Shown here piece after piece: positions 36,901-50,398 of a stretch of DNA of 64,000 nucleotides. The stretch spans positions 4,000,485 to 4,064,484 of the forward strand of contig NC_134027.1 of assembly GCF_964204645.1 (NCBI RefSeq), read 5' to 3'. A program made the position numbers and the translations under genes. The notes under the pieces were generated by a model that saw only the letters and a list, made by a program, of their open reading frames with translations, had not been told where the DNA came from and made no database searches. Source of the DNA: Tubulanus polymorphus. Its lineage: Eukaryota; Animalia; Nemertea. Within the stretch, counting starts at the first letter, position 1; each line of letters starts with the position of its first letter.

Positions 36901-39895
36901 GTTGTTACCGGTTCCCGATCTGAGTATGGGTTGAAGTTACCGTAGTCTGAATACATTACCAGTCGTTGTTACCGGTTCCCTTACAAAACTGCAGGGAGCT
37001 CTTCATGTCGTTGTTATGGTTCCGTCGTCCCTGTTCGAGCAAGTGTGAAGTCTGACTAATAATGATATTATCCGACTTTTGTTTTCTGGTTGATTAAATG
37101 GCCTCTTAATTCTTTGAATTGATTTTCAAGATGTCGAAAAAAGAAGCTGAAGCTGCAGGAGCGTGTGGAGGTAGTCTTCCCCATCCTGGTACATCTGATG
37201 GACCATGGAGGCTTGGATATCTTGATTTTTGGCCAGTTATGCTGAAAAAAGGTGGAACTTTCAGTTTCCCAGAATATGAACCATTCGGGTGAGTTGTCTA
37301 AGAGCCTTGAAGAATGCTTCGTGACAATTTTTATATTGTAGATTGACTGATCCAAAACACTATAGATGATAAACTTTGCCTCAAATATTCCCACTGAATA
37401 GAATAGGCCTAAGGTTATGCGAAAAATATCTTTATGTTTTGCTAAAACAGGTCTCACCATGATTTTTCAGTCCTTGTATTCAACGGTGTAATGATTATCT
37501 GATGGCTAATCCACACCTGGAGGTAATAACAGTTGAAAGTGTAGAGACTAAGATTCGGTATGGGGCCGGTGTAAACCCTGAAATAATGGCGTACATGGAT
37601 TACACAAATGCTATGAGTTTTGTGCGCGGATTGCGGTATGTCTATTAATTCTATTCTACTCTTGAAATCACTATGATATCCGTATCAGGTTCGGGTACTG
37701 GTATACCAGAGATAAAAACTGGTCGGTTTTCTGTTGTAGATTATGGATTCGACCTCGTCAAGAACCAGGGCCACCGCAGCAACTGGCTCATATTAATGTC
37801 ATGCCTGGACTATTGAAAAAAGGTGGAGTTTTTTCGGAGGCTGTGTTTGAAAATTTGTCAACAGTTGTGGATAATGTAAATAAGATGTTTCGAGACAAAC
37901 CTTTGCCTGGTTAGTGTTTAAAAATCGAAACCGATTATATCGGAAAACACATACAATAGTCCTTCTAGCTGTCTTTTTATGACGAGTCTTTATGTTATAG
38001 GTCGAATCTTAACCATTGAAACACAAGACATGAAAATGAACCACGGATTGTTCTCATCAAACCATACTATTAATCCTGACCAGAGTGCTTGGGTTGAATG
38101 TCCTGGACATATATTCTTATTCGTTTTAAGAATTTTCTACATTGTTGGACCTCCAGCAATGGAGGAAATAGGTGAATATATTTCTTAAATGAGTTGATCT
38201 TGTCCTTGATAGCAACTGATTCTAATTTCTCTTTCGTTATGATTTAGGTTTCAGTGATTCTCTGCCGACATGCTTAAAGGAAGGATCGTGGACTAAATTG
38301 CCACACTTCACCCCTGTACATCAGACTGTTCTTCAAGCCCAGGATTGGATTAAAAAGTATCAATCTGTAAGCTTTTGATTTGATAAAGGATCGATTAATT
38401 GAGCTTCATATTTCAATTGACTATGCTATTTTTCTGGCAAGTATCAATGCTTGCTGCTACGCTGACATACAGTATGCATAATCCTGTACCTACATGTATT
38501 ACGGCACTTGTATTTTAGTCTGTCCGTATTACTAACGTTCAAGCCATAGAGCACAAAGTCAACTACGGGATGAATTTCACTGGTACGTACGGTAGATCCT
38601 GCTGTGTGTTTAAGGTGAAGCATATCAATGAGCGCACGTCCTTTTGTCTAGTATTGATATTGTGTGCATTAAAAACACTTGTATATCGTAAAAGTTTGAT
38701 CTAAAAATGTATAACCCAAGTTTTATCTTGTCATGATGATGGAGAATATAGAATTTGTTTTAATTTTAATATTTTGTAGCATCAACTGCTTTCGATCCGA
38801 GTAAAATGAGTTACTGGAATCGCCAGCTGACTGTATTCGTACGTGGTATACGCGTTGCTTATGTGAAAGCTATGGAAGGGTATTCGATTCCACCATCTGT
38901 GAGACCTATTGTCCTGACAGAGAGAGTATTTTATCCCGTCCAATTGACTAATTGTAAGACCTTCCAATTGCCAACATTTGAGACGCTTTCACAGACTATG
39001 CATAGAGCAAATGAATGGTTGAAACATGTTGGTAAGATAAGCTCTGCTGGATACCAAATTGACATGTGATTTTGGTACACGCATTTCAAAACAACATTAA
39101 AACGTTCACTGCTGGCTACAAATATACAGCTCTCCAGTGCAATTACGAATATATTCGTAGCTGATTCGTCCTATTGACAGCTAGATATTTGCATCTCTGT
39201 CGGTCTTTGAAGATTTAATATATTCATGTTAGATGTTTGCAATCTGGCTGCAGGAATGACACACTGGCAATGTGAACAAATTCTGCTTCATTCTCAATAC
39301 TCATTGATCAATCGAGCAAGGCTGAATATGTAAAATGTCCATTGCCAACTTATGAGTATATTCGTAGCAGCAATAGGGGGCAGCACTGTATTATCAAGCC
39401 AGTAGTGAACGTGTTTAAAAATGAATTATTGTTCCACTGATTCAATCGTATTTGTTGTGTTTATCAGATGCGAACGTAGTTGGTGTTGAGACGATTGCTA
39501 TAAGAATAATGGCGCGAGCATACGGAATGGGTCCAGAATATATCGGAGCTGATGCCTCGTTCTCTGTTGGGGAAGGCGGAAAGAAGAGGGGAGGATGCAT
39601 TATGCAAATCGTGCTAAGGTATGTAGATGATGTTACGCCTCAACTAGGTTGGCGAAAATTACTGATTACTGATATTGCCTAAAACTAAATGCTTTTATGC
39701 ATTGAACCCAAACCTTAATAACTTGAGCGAAATTGGATGATTTCTTTTGTCTAATTTCATGTTTATTTTTCTAAATGTTTCAGGATCTATTTGGATAATT
39801 ACTATACAGAGCCGCCGCCACATCTTCTGCCACCTGTACCAGAGGGAATACAACATTGGACATCAGTTTCAGCTCAGGCTTGTACTCTGCTCTAA
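30999..39895 (+). CDS. Uncharacterised protein with four ~90-aa internal repeats and a C-terminal CaaX (CTLL)
   Basis: Exons approx. 30999-31059, 37131-37288, 37471-37635, 37740-37908, 38001-38171, 38248-38366, 38519-38582, 38780-39031, 39468-39618 and 39784-39895 give one open frame with GT-AG junctions. The exon 1 assignment rests on phase match and promoter context. Confidence 0.75.
31996..36303. mobile_element. Inner TIR element (~4.3 kb) carrying a satellite array
   Basis: 41-bp TIR GTCTGTCTGCAGAGTTTCCAGAACCTGTCATGTCAGG(G/T)CCC at 31996-32036 and 36263-36303, one mismatch. No transposase ORF. Confidence 0.85.
32622..35750. repeat. ~190-bp satellite array, ~16.5 units
   Basis: 17 unit starts CCTCACACGGCA spaced 189-192 bp apart. 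Each unit carries CGCCATTTTG and GACCTG(T/A)(G/T)GTGACAGGTC. Confidence 0.97.
36386..36578. mobile_element. MITE with 20-bp TIRs and a telomere-like TTAGG(A/G) tract
   Basis: GATTCAAGAATAGGGGACTA / TAGTCCCCTATTCTTGAATC enclosing GGTTAGGATTAGGATTAGGATTAGGGTTAGGGTTAGG. Confidence 0.7.
36858..36980. repeat. ~60-bp tandem duplication
   Basis: GATCTGAGTATGGGTTGAAGTTA..GTCTGAATACATTACCAGTCGTTGTTACCGGTTCCC occurs twice; the second copy has a 5-bp insertion. Confidence 0.9.
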
Positions 39896-41262
39896 TGCTA
39901 AATGCAGCCATTCGAGTTGAATAAAGCGTTTGTTCATCAGGTTATCTTACATCATCTCTGATAATAGAATTTTGTCCATGTATATTTATATAAACCTATC
40001 TAACTTATAAGGAACAGGTGCCAGTGGTATTATAGTGAATTAAAAATTCTGTATATGTAAAACTTAATGGCCTACCCTATCATTTTCAAGATAAAATATT
40101 GAAATATTTCTTAATTAGAATTTTAAGAATCATGCATCATATATTCTATTCACTTGAAAGTGGCATGTACTGGAAGATTTGTTTTTATGATACCTGTGCT
40201 CGAATAACTATATTGATATATTTTTTGTTGCGTTGTTCAAATATTTAAGAAATTCCTTATATCTGCATTTGAAATGAATTATCCTTCCATTTTATATTTG
40301 TCATTGAAGTCTATTTCCAATAGTCTAAACGGTAACACTTGTGGTTATTATATTGATATTTTTTCAACATAGGCGTTGCCAGAATTTTCTACAGAGAGGT
40401 TGAAATAACTAAGTCAGGAACGTGTTGTGCTCATAGTGGATTGGTGGAGGGGTAATTTTGAATTCTACTAATTTTTCGAGGATTTAAAGCAATTTAAGAC
40501 CTTAATACGTTTATTTCACTTCTCATGCAAAGAAGGATTTAAAATGACAAATGAGCGGAACTCAGTTTTGGAAAGAAGGGCTCGGGATCCCTGGCAACGC
40601 CCCTGTTTTTAAATTGCTGCTGTTTTCAAGTATTTATACAATTTTTCAGTTGCGATTGGAAATCCTACAATTTTATATTCGTTATATGAGGTCTATTTAA
40701 TAGTAACCGTTACGGTTTTGATGATGCCAAAAAATTTATTGTTGCTTTATATGTAATAAAGATTGGTATGTTACTCAATGATTCGTATTATTTTCGATGT
40801 GTTTGATTCTCAGTCGACTGGGGAGATGCAAACATCGCACTTATACTGAGTGGGTCAGGCCCTGGTTTGAAGACACAACTACTCAAGGCCACCACAGCCT
40901 CGTCTGATTATTGAGAGTTTGACCATAAGATTTTTTGCTAAACGCGATGCATGGTCCAATGGGCGATAAGCCGATGATCACTAAAGATTGCCGAAGCCGG
41001 CATACATGGCCACACTGAAGGATTAAACCCTAATCATTTAAGCGAGACGTGGCTGCAACTTTCATGATGATCAGTATTCAATGTCTAAAATATTGATTTA
41101 CTCTGGATGTTTTATACTATTCATTTTTGATGTAATCATACAATGTTTTTGTGAAAGTTAAATGAATCAATAATGAAAAGTTGAATTGAATTGTCCGTTG
41201 CCTACGTCCGTGATCGATCGCTAGTGACTGGGAATAGAATCCAACACCTATCATCAAATCAA

Positions 41263-44200
41263 ATGGCGACTACGGAGTTGTCAAATTTTGAAAACATCGA
41301 TAAAACGCTGTCCGATGACCTCGATGACGCTCCTACGATCTTACCATGGGATCGGTTCTCGAGCTGGTTGCATTGTGCATGCGTTGTGACATTTGATTTA
41401 GAGATAGGGCAAGCGATGGAGGTAAATTATACTGAAATGTAGTCAATTTTGTTCGGTTCACTGGCTCACACACAGTCACTGACACTGACAGTGTCTAAAA
41501 TCTAGTGTCTGACAAAAAGTCACAAAGGAAAGAAGATACTGACCTTTTTTGTGACTATCGTCAACGATACTGTTTCATTTAGTGATTCTGTTATTAAGCC
41601 AGGTAATATTTTGCGGACAGGGCATTATTCTTGTTAACGCTATTTTGCCAGCAATCAATGCCAAATGGCTCGTTCTGACGATAAGCTCATTTTACACTGC
41701 GTATGCACTGGACTGGTGCACGAACGAAAGTGTGGAGAACAAAATAAGAGAAAATAGAGCAGACAGAGCAGTATTCGTACCTGGGGCTGGGCCAGAATAT
41801 TGCGTTGAATTTCTCTGAATGTTTTCACTAAGCTATAGCACTCGACCCTATCCCTAACTGTTGAATTAACCCTAACCCTCTGATCTGGACCCTAACCCTG
41901 GAAACCCTACCTGATAATTTTGTTGGTATTTTTCTTGGTACATCTTATTTCATGTAGATTTTGACAAATAGCGTTCACTGCAATAATGCCGCGTCTATAT
42001 CCAGTTTGTTTACATTACACGCTCAATCACTTTGTAATTTCAGCTCATATATCCTGGTCACATAAAGTTGACTGAAAAGGAGGTGTGTTAGTTTTTGTTT
42101 TATTCTAGTCTGATTGTTAAGCTCCTTAAGAGAAATCCCTCATTATTATTATCAATGAATTGTGACTGCCACCCAGACTTATACCCAGTATCTGAAACCA
42201 GTTCCACAGTTCTTTATTTCATCTTTTACAGAAAATGAACATCTGCTATTTATCGTTCCCAGACTCGAATTCAGGTAAGAGATAATAGATGATGAATTTT
42301 GAATAGTGTTGCTTGAAATTCATCAAACAGTTTGTGATGTATTAAATATTATAAGTATCATGTTTATGGTTATGAATTGTATGTTGTTACACATTAAAGG
42401 TTGTATGGGAGATACACAGTTTCATTTCCGGATACGACAATGTGGAAATAGACGAGCAACGACCCTGGCGCATGTTGATTATAACTGTAATGCTCCGACT
42501 GCACTTACGGTAAAATCATTCAAAACCTGATCTTTAAAATCGAATTATGCATGTGAAAGTTGCTGATGTTTAAGGCGTTCGCTATATTTACGCCACTAAC
42601 TCTAACAGGGAAAAGTCAGGGAAATTTCTTACAAAAAGTCAGGAAATTTTGTTTAAAAAGAAAACTAAAAATCAGGGAAGTTTGTTGAGATTGCTAGATC
42701 ACACGTAAAATCAGTTTCTGTTCATGTCTTACAAATTTGACTGTGTTAATTGATTGGATCCTTAGCAGATCGAGTCAGGGAAAACAACGTTCATGTCGGG
42801 GAAAAGTCAAGGAATAAGCAAGTCAAATAAAAGTGGCCGCCCTGTGGAGCCTTACCTGACTCCAACCCTTAACCTTCACGTATTTTTATGCTGATGGTAT
42901 GAATATAGCCACTATTGGGTATTTGTAGTTAATTCACTCAGTTATGATTTGAGGAATATATTTCAGTGTGATGGAGCATATTACTATGGATTTGTCTACT
43001 TTCGCCAAACGAAAGATAAAACAATTAGAAGAGGATACTTCCAGAAGGTTATTTTCAGAAATCATGCTTGTATTATGAGACCTTTCTTCTTATTTACCTA
43101 GAGTACAGATTTTTTCTATAAAAAATTTGAAATCATATATTTTTATTATTCAAATCAAGTAACATAAAATCTTGGAAGACGAATAAAATTACAAAAAAAT
43201 TTTTTTAAATTTCAAAAAGCCACAAAACTGCAGCAAACTATTTTCTTTCTGTGGTATTGAGTGAACTACGTAGTTAATCAATTTAAATCTATTTCAGTCT
43301 GTGGTGCTAATATCGAAACTTCCATTTATGAATCTGTTTTCCCACCTGGTAAGCATTATCGCTCCAGAGTATTTCGACAACGGTGAACCTAGTCTAGAAG
43401 CTGCGTGTCATGACATTGATCAGTGGCCATTTCCATTTCCTGGTGAAACTCTTAATCTTCCCATCATGGGTTCCATTATACAAGTAAGTGCTGTACACAT
43501 TTTATCGCTGTATATAAAGCCTCGAGAAAACCTGTATTATCATTTATTTGCTGTATTATTTGTTCTAGGTTCGTGTCCCATCGAGATCTGATAAAAGTGC
43601 ATCATCCAATCAAACCAAACAACCTGTTGTAAGTATTGCATATTAATCCCATCAAGATTTTGAGCGTATATGTTCAAAAATTTTTCATTGCATGTTTGGG
43701 ACGTATGATTATGTCCATGTCACACCCATCATTTGAACATTTTGGACATTATTATGCATACTCGCTATTATCTTGTTTGCCCGACATCTGACCGATGTCC
43801 CTACTCTTCATTCAAAGTTCGGGAAAGGCAGAATGTTCACTACTAGAAATTGTGAATTTTGTGCTATTCATCGAGATAAATTGACAATTTGAATCAATCC
43901 TTAAGGCGGATGATTGTGTCCAAACGTGGATCATTATTTTGTCATTTTCATTTGTGATGTTTTATTTTACAGCCATCATTACCTGTCCACACAATATTAC
44001 CTACCTTACATGAAGTTGATTTATTCAGGTAAATTGAATTTTGCGTTCTGACTCAGTTGTAAATGAATGTCTATCTACGTCAACATATTGAATCGGTATC
44101 GTATTTATTGCTATAGAGTTTCTCTTCAATTGTGTTTTCGTTTTAGTGCATTTCAACCAGTTCTGCCGCATGTTCAGATGTTATGGGAATTAGTCATTGC

Positions 44201-47200
44201 TTCTGAGGTATCCATTCATTTCACTGTGATCAATAAATATAAAATGGTGGGGAAATAATGGTATTCCTCCTTGTAGGGCTATGTGTCTAAATGTTTTCTT
44301 TTTAATTTGTAGCCGATCGTAGTGATGGCATCCTCCCCGACAATCTGCGCTACTGCTGTACAAGCTCTAGTCAGGTACTTGAAATATGATGGAAGAGATG
44401 TCCTCCCATAACTCTATGCAATCGCTTCTCTTAGCCATAAATTTTTTTTCTTTAATTTTCTGGATGAGCACTTCCAGGACCCTAACTAAAAACTACAGAA
44501 GCGATAAAGGGCCTCGAGTTGTCACGTTCCAACTCGACAAGTCGCCATATTTATGTCGACATATCGCCATATATCGCGTCAAGTCGACATGAATATGTCG
44601 ATATATCATGACGTTTTGACGACATATTTCGTTTTCTCGACCACTTTCCTCGCGACAAGTCGACATATTCATGACGACTTGAAACTCAGTCATCATATCA
44701 CTGGCATCCTCATCTTACATTTAGACGTGTCTTCAAATGAGGGATTGTCCCGTGGAAAATGGGCGAAAAAGCGAAATTTGTCGTGAAAACGTCACGATAT
44801 GTCGACATATTCATGTTGACTTGACGCGATATATTGCGATATGTCGACATAAATAGGGCGACTTGTCGAGTTGGAACTCGAGGCCCTTTATCGCTTCCGT
44901 AAAAAACACATGCTTTTGATACCTTAAGTTAATGAAAAAGCAGAAACAGGGAAAGCGCAAAAAAGGGCTGGTTATGTATGGGCTTGAGTTAACTTCTAAT
45001 ATCTAATTGTAGTTAGTAATCTATATACAGTAGTGTATAAGTTTCTTTGATGTCTGAATAACGTGAGTCTGTACTGATTGTATTTTCTAGTATGATTTGG
45101 CCGCTTCGGTTTTGTTCCGATTATCGGCCATATTTCACGATCCATGATAGCGAATTCAAGGAATACACAACACGAACTCAAGCTCCGTAAGTTGTTTTCA
45201 TTACAGTATTATCAATGATTACAAATCTGATGTTGTTGAATAAAGGCATTGCATTCGGATATTCAATTTTTCAGCCCACCAGTCATACTAGGTGTAACTA
45301 ATCCATTCTTCGCCAAGACGTTGCAGCATTGGCCACATATACTTCGAATTGGTGAAATGTCGAGTGAAGGTATGAAGTTGAATAGCAATGAATATATTTT
45401 GACTTTTCAATCTGCATGCGCAAGAAAACACATCATTTATTCGAATGATTTGAGGTTTTCCATTGTCAGTGAAGTTTATAAGCTATTGAATTACATTCAC
45501 TTCATTTTAGCATACAGAATTATATTGCGTTATATGTTTGCGTGGTTATAATTGATTTGATTCATCTGTTAATGTAATGTAATGCCTAGTAAATGATTGA
45601 TTACTGCTTGGTATAGCTTGATTACACTGCGAATCTTGTTAGGCTTTAGATTCTTCTATTTCGACTAATTTTTCACTACTGATCGGCTTCAATATTGCAT
45701 TCCACGACTTTTGATTTGCAGTACCGCCTAAAAGTTTCAACAAGATTAAGAAAGGTGGGAGCGTGCGAACAATGGATTCAAAGCCAGGTAGCTTCTGCCA
45801 CGCCTGCTTCTAGTAGTTTGCATAATGATAGATAAACCATTCCTCATTTCATATATCTGAATAGTCAGTGGTGCAATAGTTGAATTTGGTATTATTTGTA
45901 GGTGTTTACACGAGATACAAAGCATTTCTTGCAAAAGACAAAATTATCCTTAAACGACTGGCAAAGGTAAGACTTCATTTTTAAAACTGTGTTCACCAAG
46001 TCATTTATATGATACATTGTACGAAGAGTGTATGCTAGCTTATTGTAATTCAATGAAATGAATTAACAGTTAATGATCAAGTCAATTATTTAGATTAAAC
46101 ATTTATATATTTTGCTTTCTATTTGCATCTAAAGTACCTTGATAACGACACTATTAGTCAGGTTGGTATAATACACACACACATACGTACATACATGCAT
46201 ACATACATATAGGAACTTGTGTATACATTTGAATTGAATTTCGACCGTACGATTTTGTAAAGTCCTATTCTAAACTATATTCTAATTTTATTTCGCACCG
46301 AATGAAGTGTTGTGTTTGAAACTATCTGCTAATCAGCTTGTGGTGTACGTCATTATATCGATACGAGGTGAAAGAACAGCCTCTGTAAATAAAGCTGCTT
46401 AGAACATCGGTGCATTGTATCATGGTATTTTTTTCTCAAGTTGATTATGCTAAACTCAACAGATATATACCGCACTGGGTAAACAAAACACATCAAGCAA
46501 AAAGCAGTGCATCTAAAGTTGATTAGATTTTATATCATTGATATATGTTGTGGTATTTAGGAATTTCATATTATTTCATCCTATTCCCGATTTTGTCCAT
46601 GTTTTATATGTGATCTTCAACATGTATTTAGTTATGGTTTATTAGTATTTTTTGATTATTTTTTTTTTCATACACCACTATTCAACGTGTTTTAGGACAT
46701 GAGTTATTATCGATTTGCATGACATCGCTCAATATTATCCCACATTTCTCAATAGACTTTAGAAAGTTTTTGATGGTCGGACATGAATAAGGAATATGAA
46801 TGATTATAAAAGTTGCAATTTTTCTGAACTACCTTTTAAACTTGAAATAAACCTGCCTGTCATTCAACCCATCGCTTTTCCTTCCTTTCTTTGCTTTATA
46901 ATTTATGTATTGTATGTCAAACTCTGCTGTAAAATCAATGTTAAATATTATGCTATATGTATGTTAGGGAATGCAAACTCGACGGCCTGTTGAGGTACAG
47001 AATGCTATGCTACGACGATATTTACTAGAACTTACTCAGAGCTTTATGATTCCACTGGTATGTACTATTGTCGTATCATCCCTTGTCTAGATATCATGTA
47101 CAGTATTTCTATAATGTTTTTTCCTGTATTTATTAATGTACAGGAGAGGTATATGGCTAGTCTGATGCCGCTACAAAGAAATATATCACCTCACAAGGTA

Positions 47201-48133
47201 ACTAATTACACTTGAGATCTATAAGATCAGATATGATATTCAGCTCGTGAAGTGAGAGTTATTAATCTTTTGATTCAGGGTCCGCCTACAATGCGCCCAT
47301 TTGATACCGAGGAATTTCTGAAAACAATTGAACATTCTGGTCCACAGTTAACATCTGGTCTGAAGGGTGACTGGGTCGGTCTGTACAGGTAACTGTCCAA
47401 TCTTTGATAATCACAGTCTGTTAAACCTACGTATGTACATGTATTGTTTTTGATTGATACTGGTAAAAAATCTGTATTTTTAGGAAATTTTTTAAATCAG
47501 TGAATTTTGCCGGCTGGTACAATCAGAGACAATTAGAAGTAAATCAGAAATTACAAGCGTTACATGTCGAGGCATTGTGTGATGCGGTGAGTATCAAAAT
47601 TACAAATATTTGTGTTTGGAAATTATCTCATTATTGCAAACCACAAGTACTGAAAGTCAGAAGATTAAACTCCTATGATATCCAGCTGATGATGTAACAC
47701 ACACTGAAGTAGAGCTTCTTGTCCCAAAACATCTGACTTACAGTTGGTTTACTGTATTTCGCAATCAGTTGAAACTATCAAACTGGTTTATGATGATATC
47801 TGGAATGATTTTAGGATTTGATGGAATGGATCAAAGGTAAACAAGAAGTTGAAGTTGTCGATCTAGTGTTAAGATTACGTGAGAAACTGGTAAATATATT
47901 CCTTTTTGATTAATTCTGTAAACCTTCAAATCTAACCAATTCATTTCTACTGAAGGCAGGATAAACCATTTCTACCATAGATATTTAGTGTATTTGTATA
48001 TATTTTTCAGAATTGTGCGCGAAACGATAAGATTCCAGTGACAGCTGATAAACTGGAGCAATTACACTTACATTTAGAGAGTATTATTGCATCATTACCC
48101 GAGGACTTACGGCTTGTTTTGCGCAGCAACTGA
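41263..48133 (+). CDS. DENND6A: DENN domain-containing protein 6A (FAM116A, Rab14 GEF), ~20 exons
   Basis: [147 protein letters not shown]; stop at 48131-48133. Confidence 0.95.
42606..42843 (-). mobile_element. Interspersed repeat, same family as 7304-7500
   Basis: TCAGGGAAA repeats, GTGGCCGCCCTG end, and a core shared with the ARIH2 intron copy. Confidence 0.65.
44494..44901. mobile_element. Foldback-like MITE with ~120-bp TIRs, TAC..GTA termini and a 6-bp TSD (IS3EU-like)
   Basis: TACAGAAGCGATAAAGGGCCTCGAGTT... / ...AACTCGAGGCCCTTTATCGCTTCCGTA with AAAAAC on both flanks. GTCGACAT is reiterated. Confidence 0.8.
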
Positions 48134-48414
48134 CAGTTGCTTTAACTCGAAAAAAACTTCTTGTGACAAGATGCAATTTTCTAAACGCTGGAACTTGAAT
48201 CTGAATCAGTCCTGCTGGCGATCAGGACTTGTGAATAGTTTAGGTGCAATTCTTGTATTGACGCTTCAGTTTGTGTAAATTGGTTGCTTATGTTTCATTA
48301 GTAAGTGTTGTTTCTAGTGACCTGTACTTACTGCTGTATACATTAATGACTATATTCATTGTTCTGTTAAATTTGTAAATATAGAACTGGTATGTTGTGC
48401 TGAATAGGAACTAA

Positions 48415-48756
48415 AGCCTAGCGCACATCGACACTGCGATTGGAGACAACTAGTTGCTACCGAACGATTACCCCGCACACATCGAAATCTAGTTACAACC
48501 GGTCAGTTGCAGCAACTGCATGGCGCATGTCGATCGTCGAGATCCAGAGCGCGCACATTGACAGATATGACTGCGATTGAGTACAACCAGTTGCTCAAAA
48601 GTAGAACATGGGCAACTGGCTGGAACTGGAGATAGATCGACGCTTACCAATCGTAAGCTCGCTCACATCGACACATTCTAGCAACTGATCGTATCCAGCC
48701 AGTTCCTCTCATGCGCCGAAAACTGCCTTGCAACTAGTTGTCTCCAATCTCCAGTC
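48415..48756. mobile_element. Harbinger-like MITE in the DENND6A 3' region (right end truncated)
   Basis: Inverted pair GATTGGAGACAACTAGTTGC / GCAACTAGTTGTCTCCAATC, with reiterated GCGCACATCGA motifs. Confidence 0.6.
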
Positions 48757-50346
48757 TCTTAATGTTACTGATATGTTTACAGAGGTAACGATTAACTATA
48801 TGAAGTTTTTTTTCAGCGTGATTATTTGCATTACATAGAGCGTCATGTTTGTCTCCTAGGGAGTTATATAAGGTTTGAGCCAGGATATGTTGTACTATGT
48901 ACTTCAAGGGTCAGTTAAGTAGATAATGCTATTATGGTTTAGTAGATAATGGTATTGATAATTAAGGTAATGCTATTACATGTTTAATTCCTGGGAATAT
49001 CTCAAAATCTGCATTCTTTGTATTCTCAGTTGTCATCGTTACTATGATAGCTGAATGCAGTTCCCAGGTAGAATTGACTGAGATGTAAATTGTAACTCTG
49101 CTAGGCCCAGTTCTACAAAAAGCTTTAAAAACAGTAAACCTCGTGTGGTTGGGATCAGCATAAGTCTGATAGTCGCTTATGTTGGATTGATATTCATGGT
49201 TTCGATTATTCTTTCTCTTTTTCAAAGAAACTTGTATTCCAAAGTCAGATTTTCTCTAAGTCAGAAATTCGCCAGTTCCATATTTCTAGGTTAAGATTTG
49301 GCTCTCAGTCTAAAACATCGGTGATAATCTGATTCTAACAAATTTACCTGAACTGGAACTGGCTCCAGATTATTGAGAAGTTGCGTGTTACCGGTAAACT
49401 ATGTTAATCATTGACATAATAGAATCTTTACTCAAAATCTGTTAACAGTATTGAATTCTTTTTAATGAATGAATCGTGTTATTTTTTGTAAATATGTACA
49501 GAACTATAATAAAGAGTCTCAGTTGTTTTCAGGCAGTTAAGCAGTCTATAATTATTCAGGGGTTTATTCAGAAAAATATGTACTTAATACTAACTGCCAA
49601 CCGTGCTGCCACCTTGTATTCTCAACTTGACTTAAATATATCCTGATAAATTCGTAATTGTTCATATGAATGTACTTTCGATAAAAACTTTTCAAAAGAA
49701 TTGTTCTTGATTTGTCATTCAAAAATTAAGCATTTAATTGATCATTTTCATCAAATGTGATTTTGGCAATAACTAAGTATAGGTCCCTTCGATCGTTATG
49801 TTTGTCTAAGCGACACATTTAGTTCAGTAATTATATGTATCATGATCTGACTTAATTCTTGTCTTTTATCATGTTTTAAATTGTGTCAATTAGTACAAAG
49901 TCTTATTGTGTAAATGGCATTGTGACAAAGAAAATCTCCATTACAAAATCTAAATATAAACCTAATACCATGTATATATTTTTTTAAGCTGGGTTTGTGG
50001 CTACCCAATGGCAAGAAAGTTACTAAACCGTTTGTTTTTAATCTGTTTAAGATAGTAAGAAGACGCGTTATGAAACAGTTCTCCTCTAGGGTCTAATCAT
50101 ATAACAGATATTTGGACTCGAGAATAGTTTGTAGAATAACCAAGGGATTATTGAAACGTTTAATCCAGAACTGTCCTTCGAGCCAAAATTAGAATAGAAA
50201 TCATGGATGTATATAACCTTGTACACCTTAGCTTCTGTGGCTTCTCTGTTAGACTAACTTTATGCGGGTGAGTCAGAAAAACAAACTACCACGTTCTATT
50301 TTCTGAATTAATAGTTTAGGTTTAGACCGAAAATGCTTTGTGCTCA

Positions 50347-50348
<2 letters not shown>

Positions 50349-50397
<49 letters not shown>
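50349..50397. repeat. (ATT)n microsatellite
   Basis: About 16 ATT units. Confidence 0.95.

Positions 50398-50398
<1 letters not shown>

Noticed and set aside
37068-37460. 130-aa minus-strand ORF
   Set aside because: Antisense to an exon of the four-repeat gene and its flanking introns.
44386-44786. Several ORFs on both strands
   Set aside because: Products of the palindromic MITE within a DENND6A intron.
47685-47737. Intronic C/D snoRNA (TGATGA..CTGA..CTGA)
   Set aside because: Too short, imperfect C box, no terminal stem and no guide complementarity that I could recognise.
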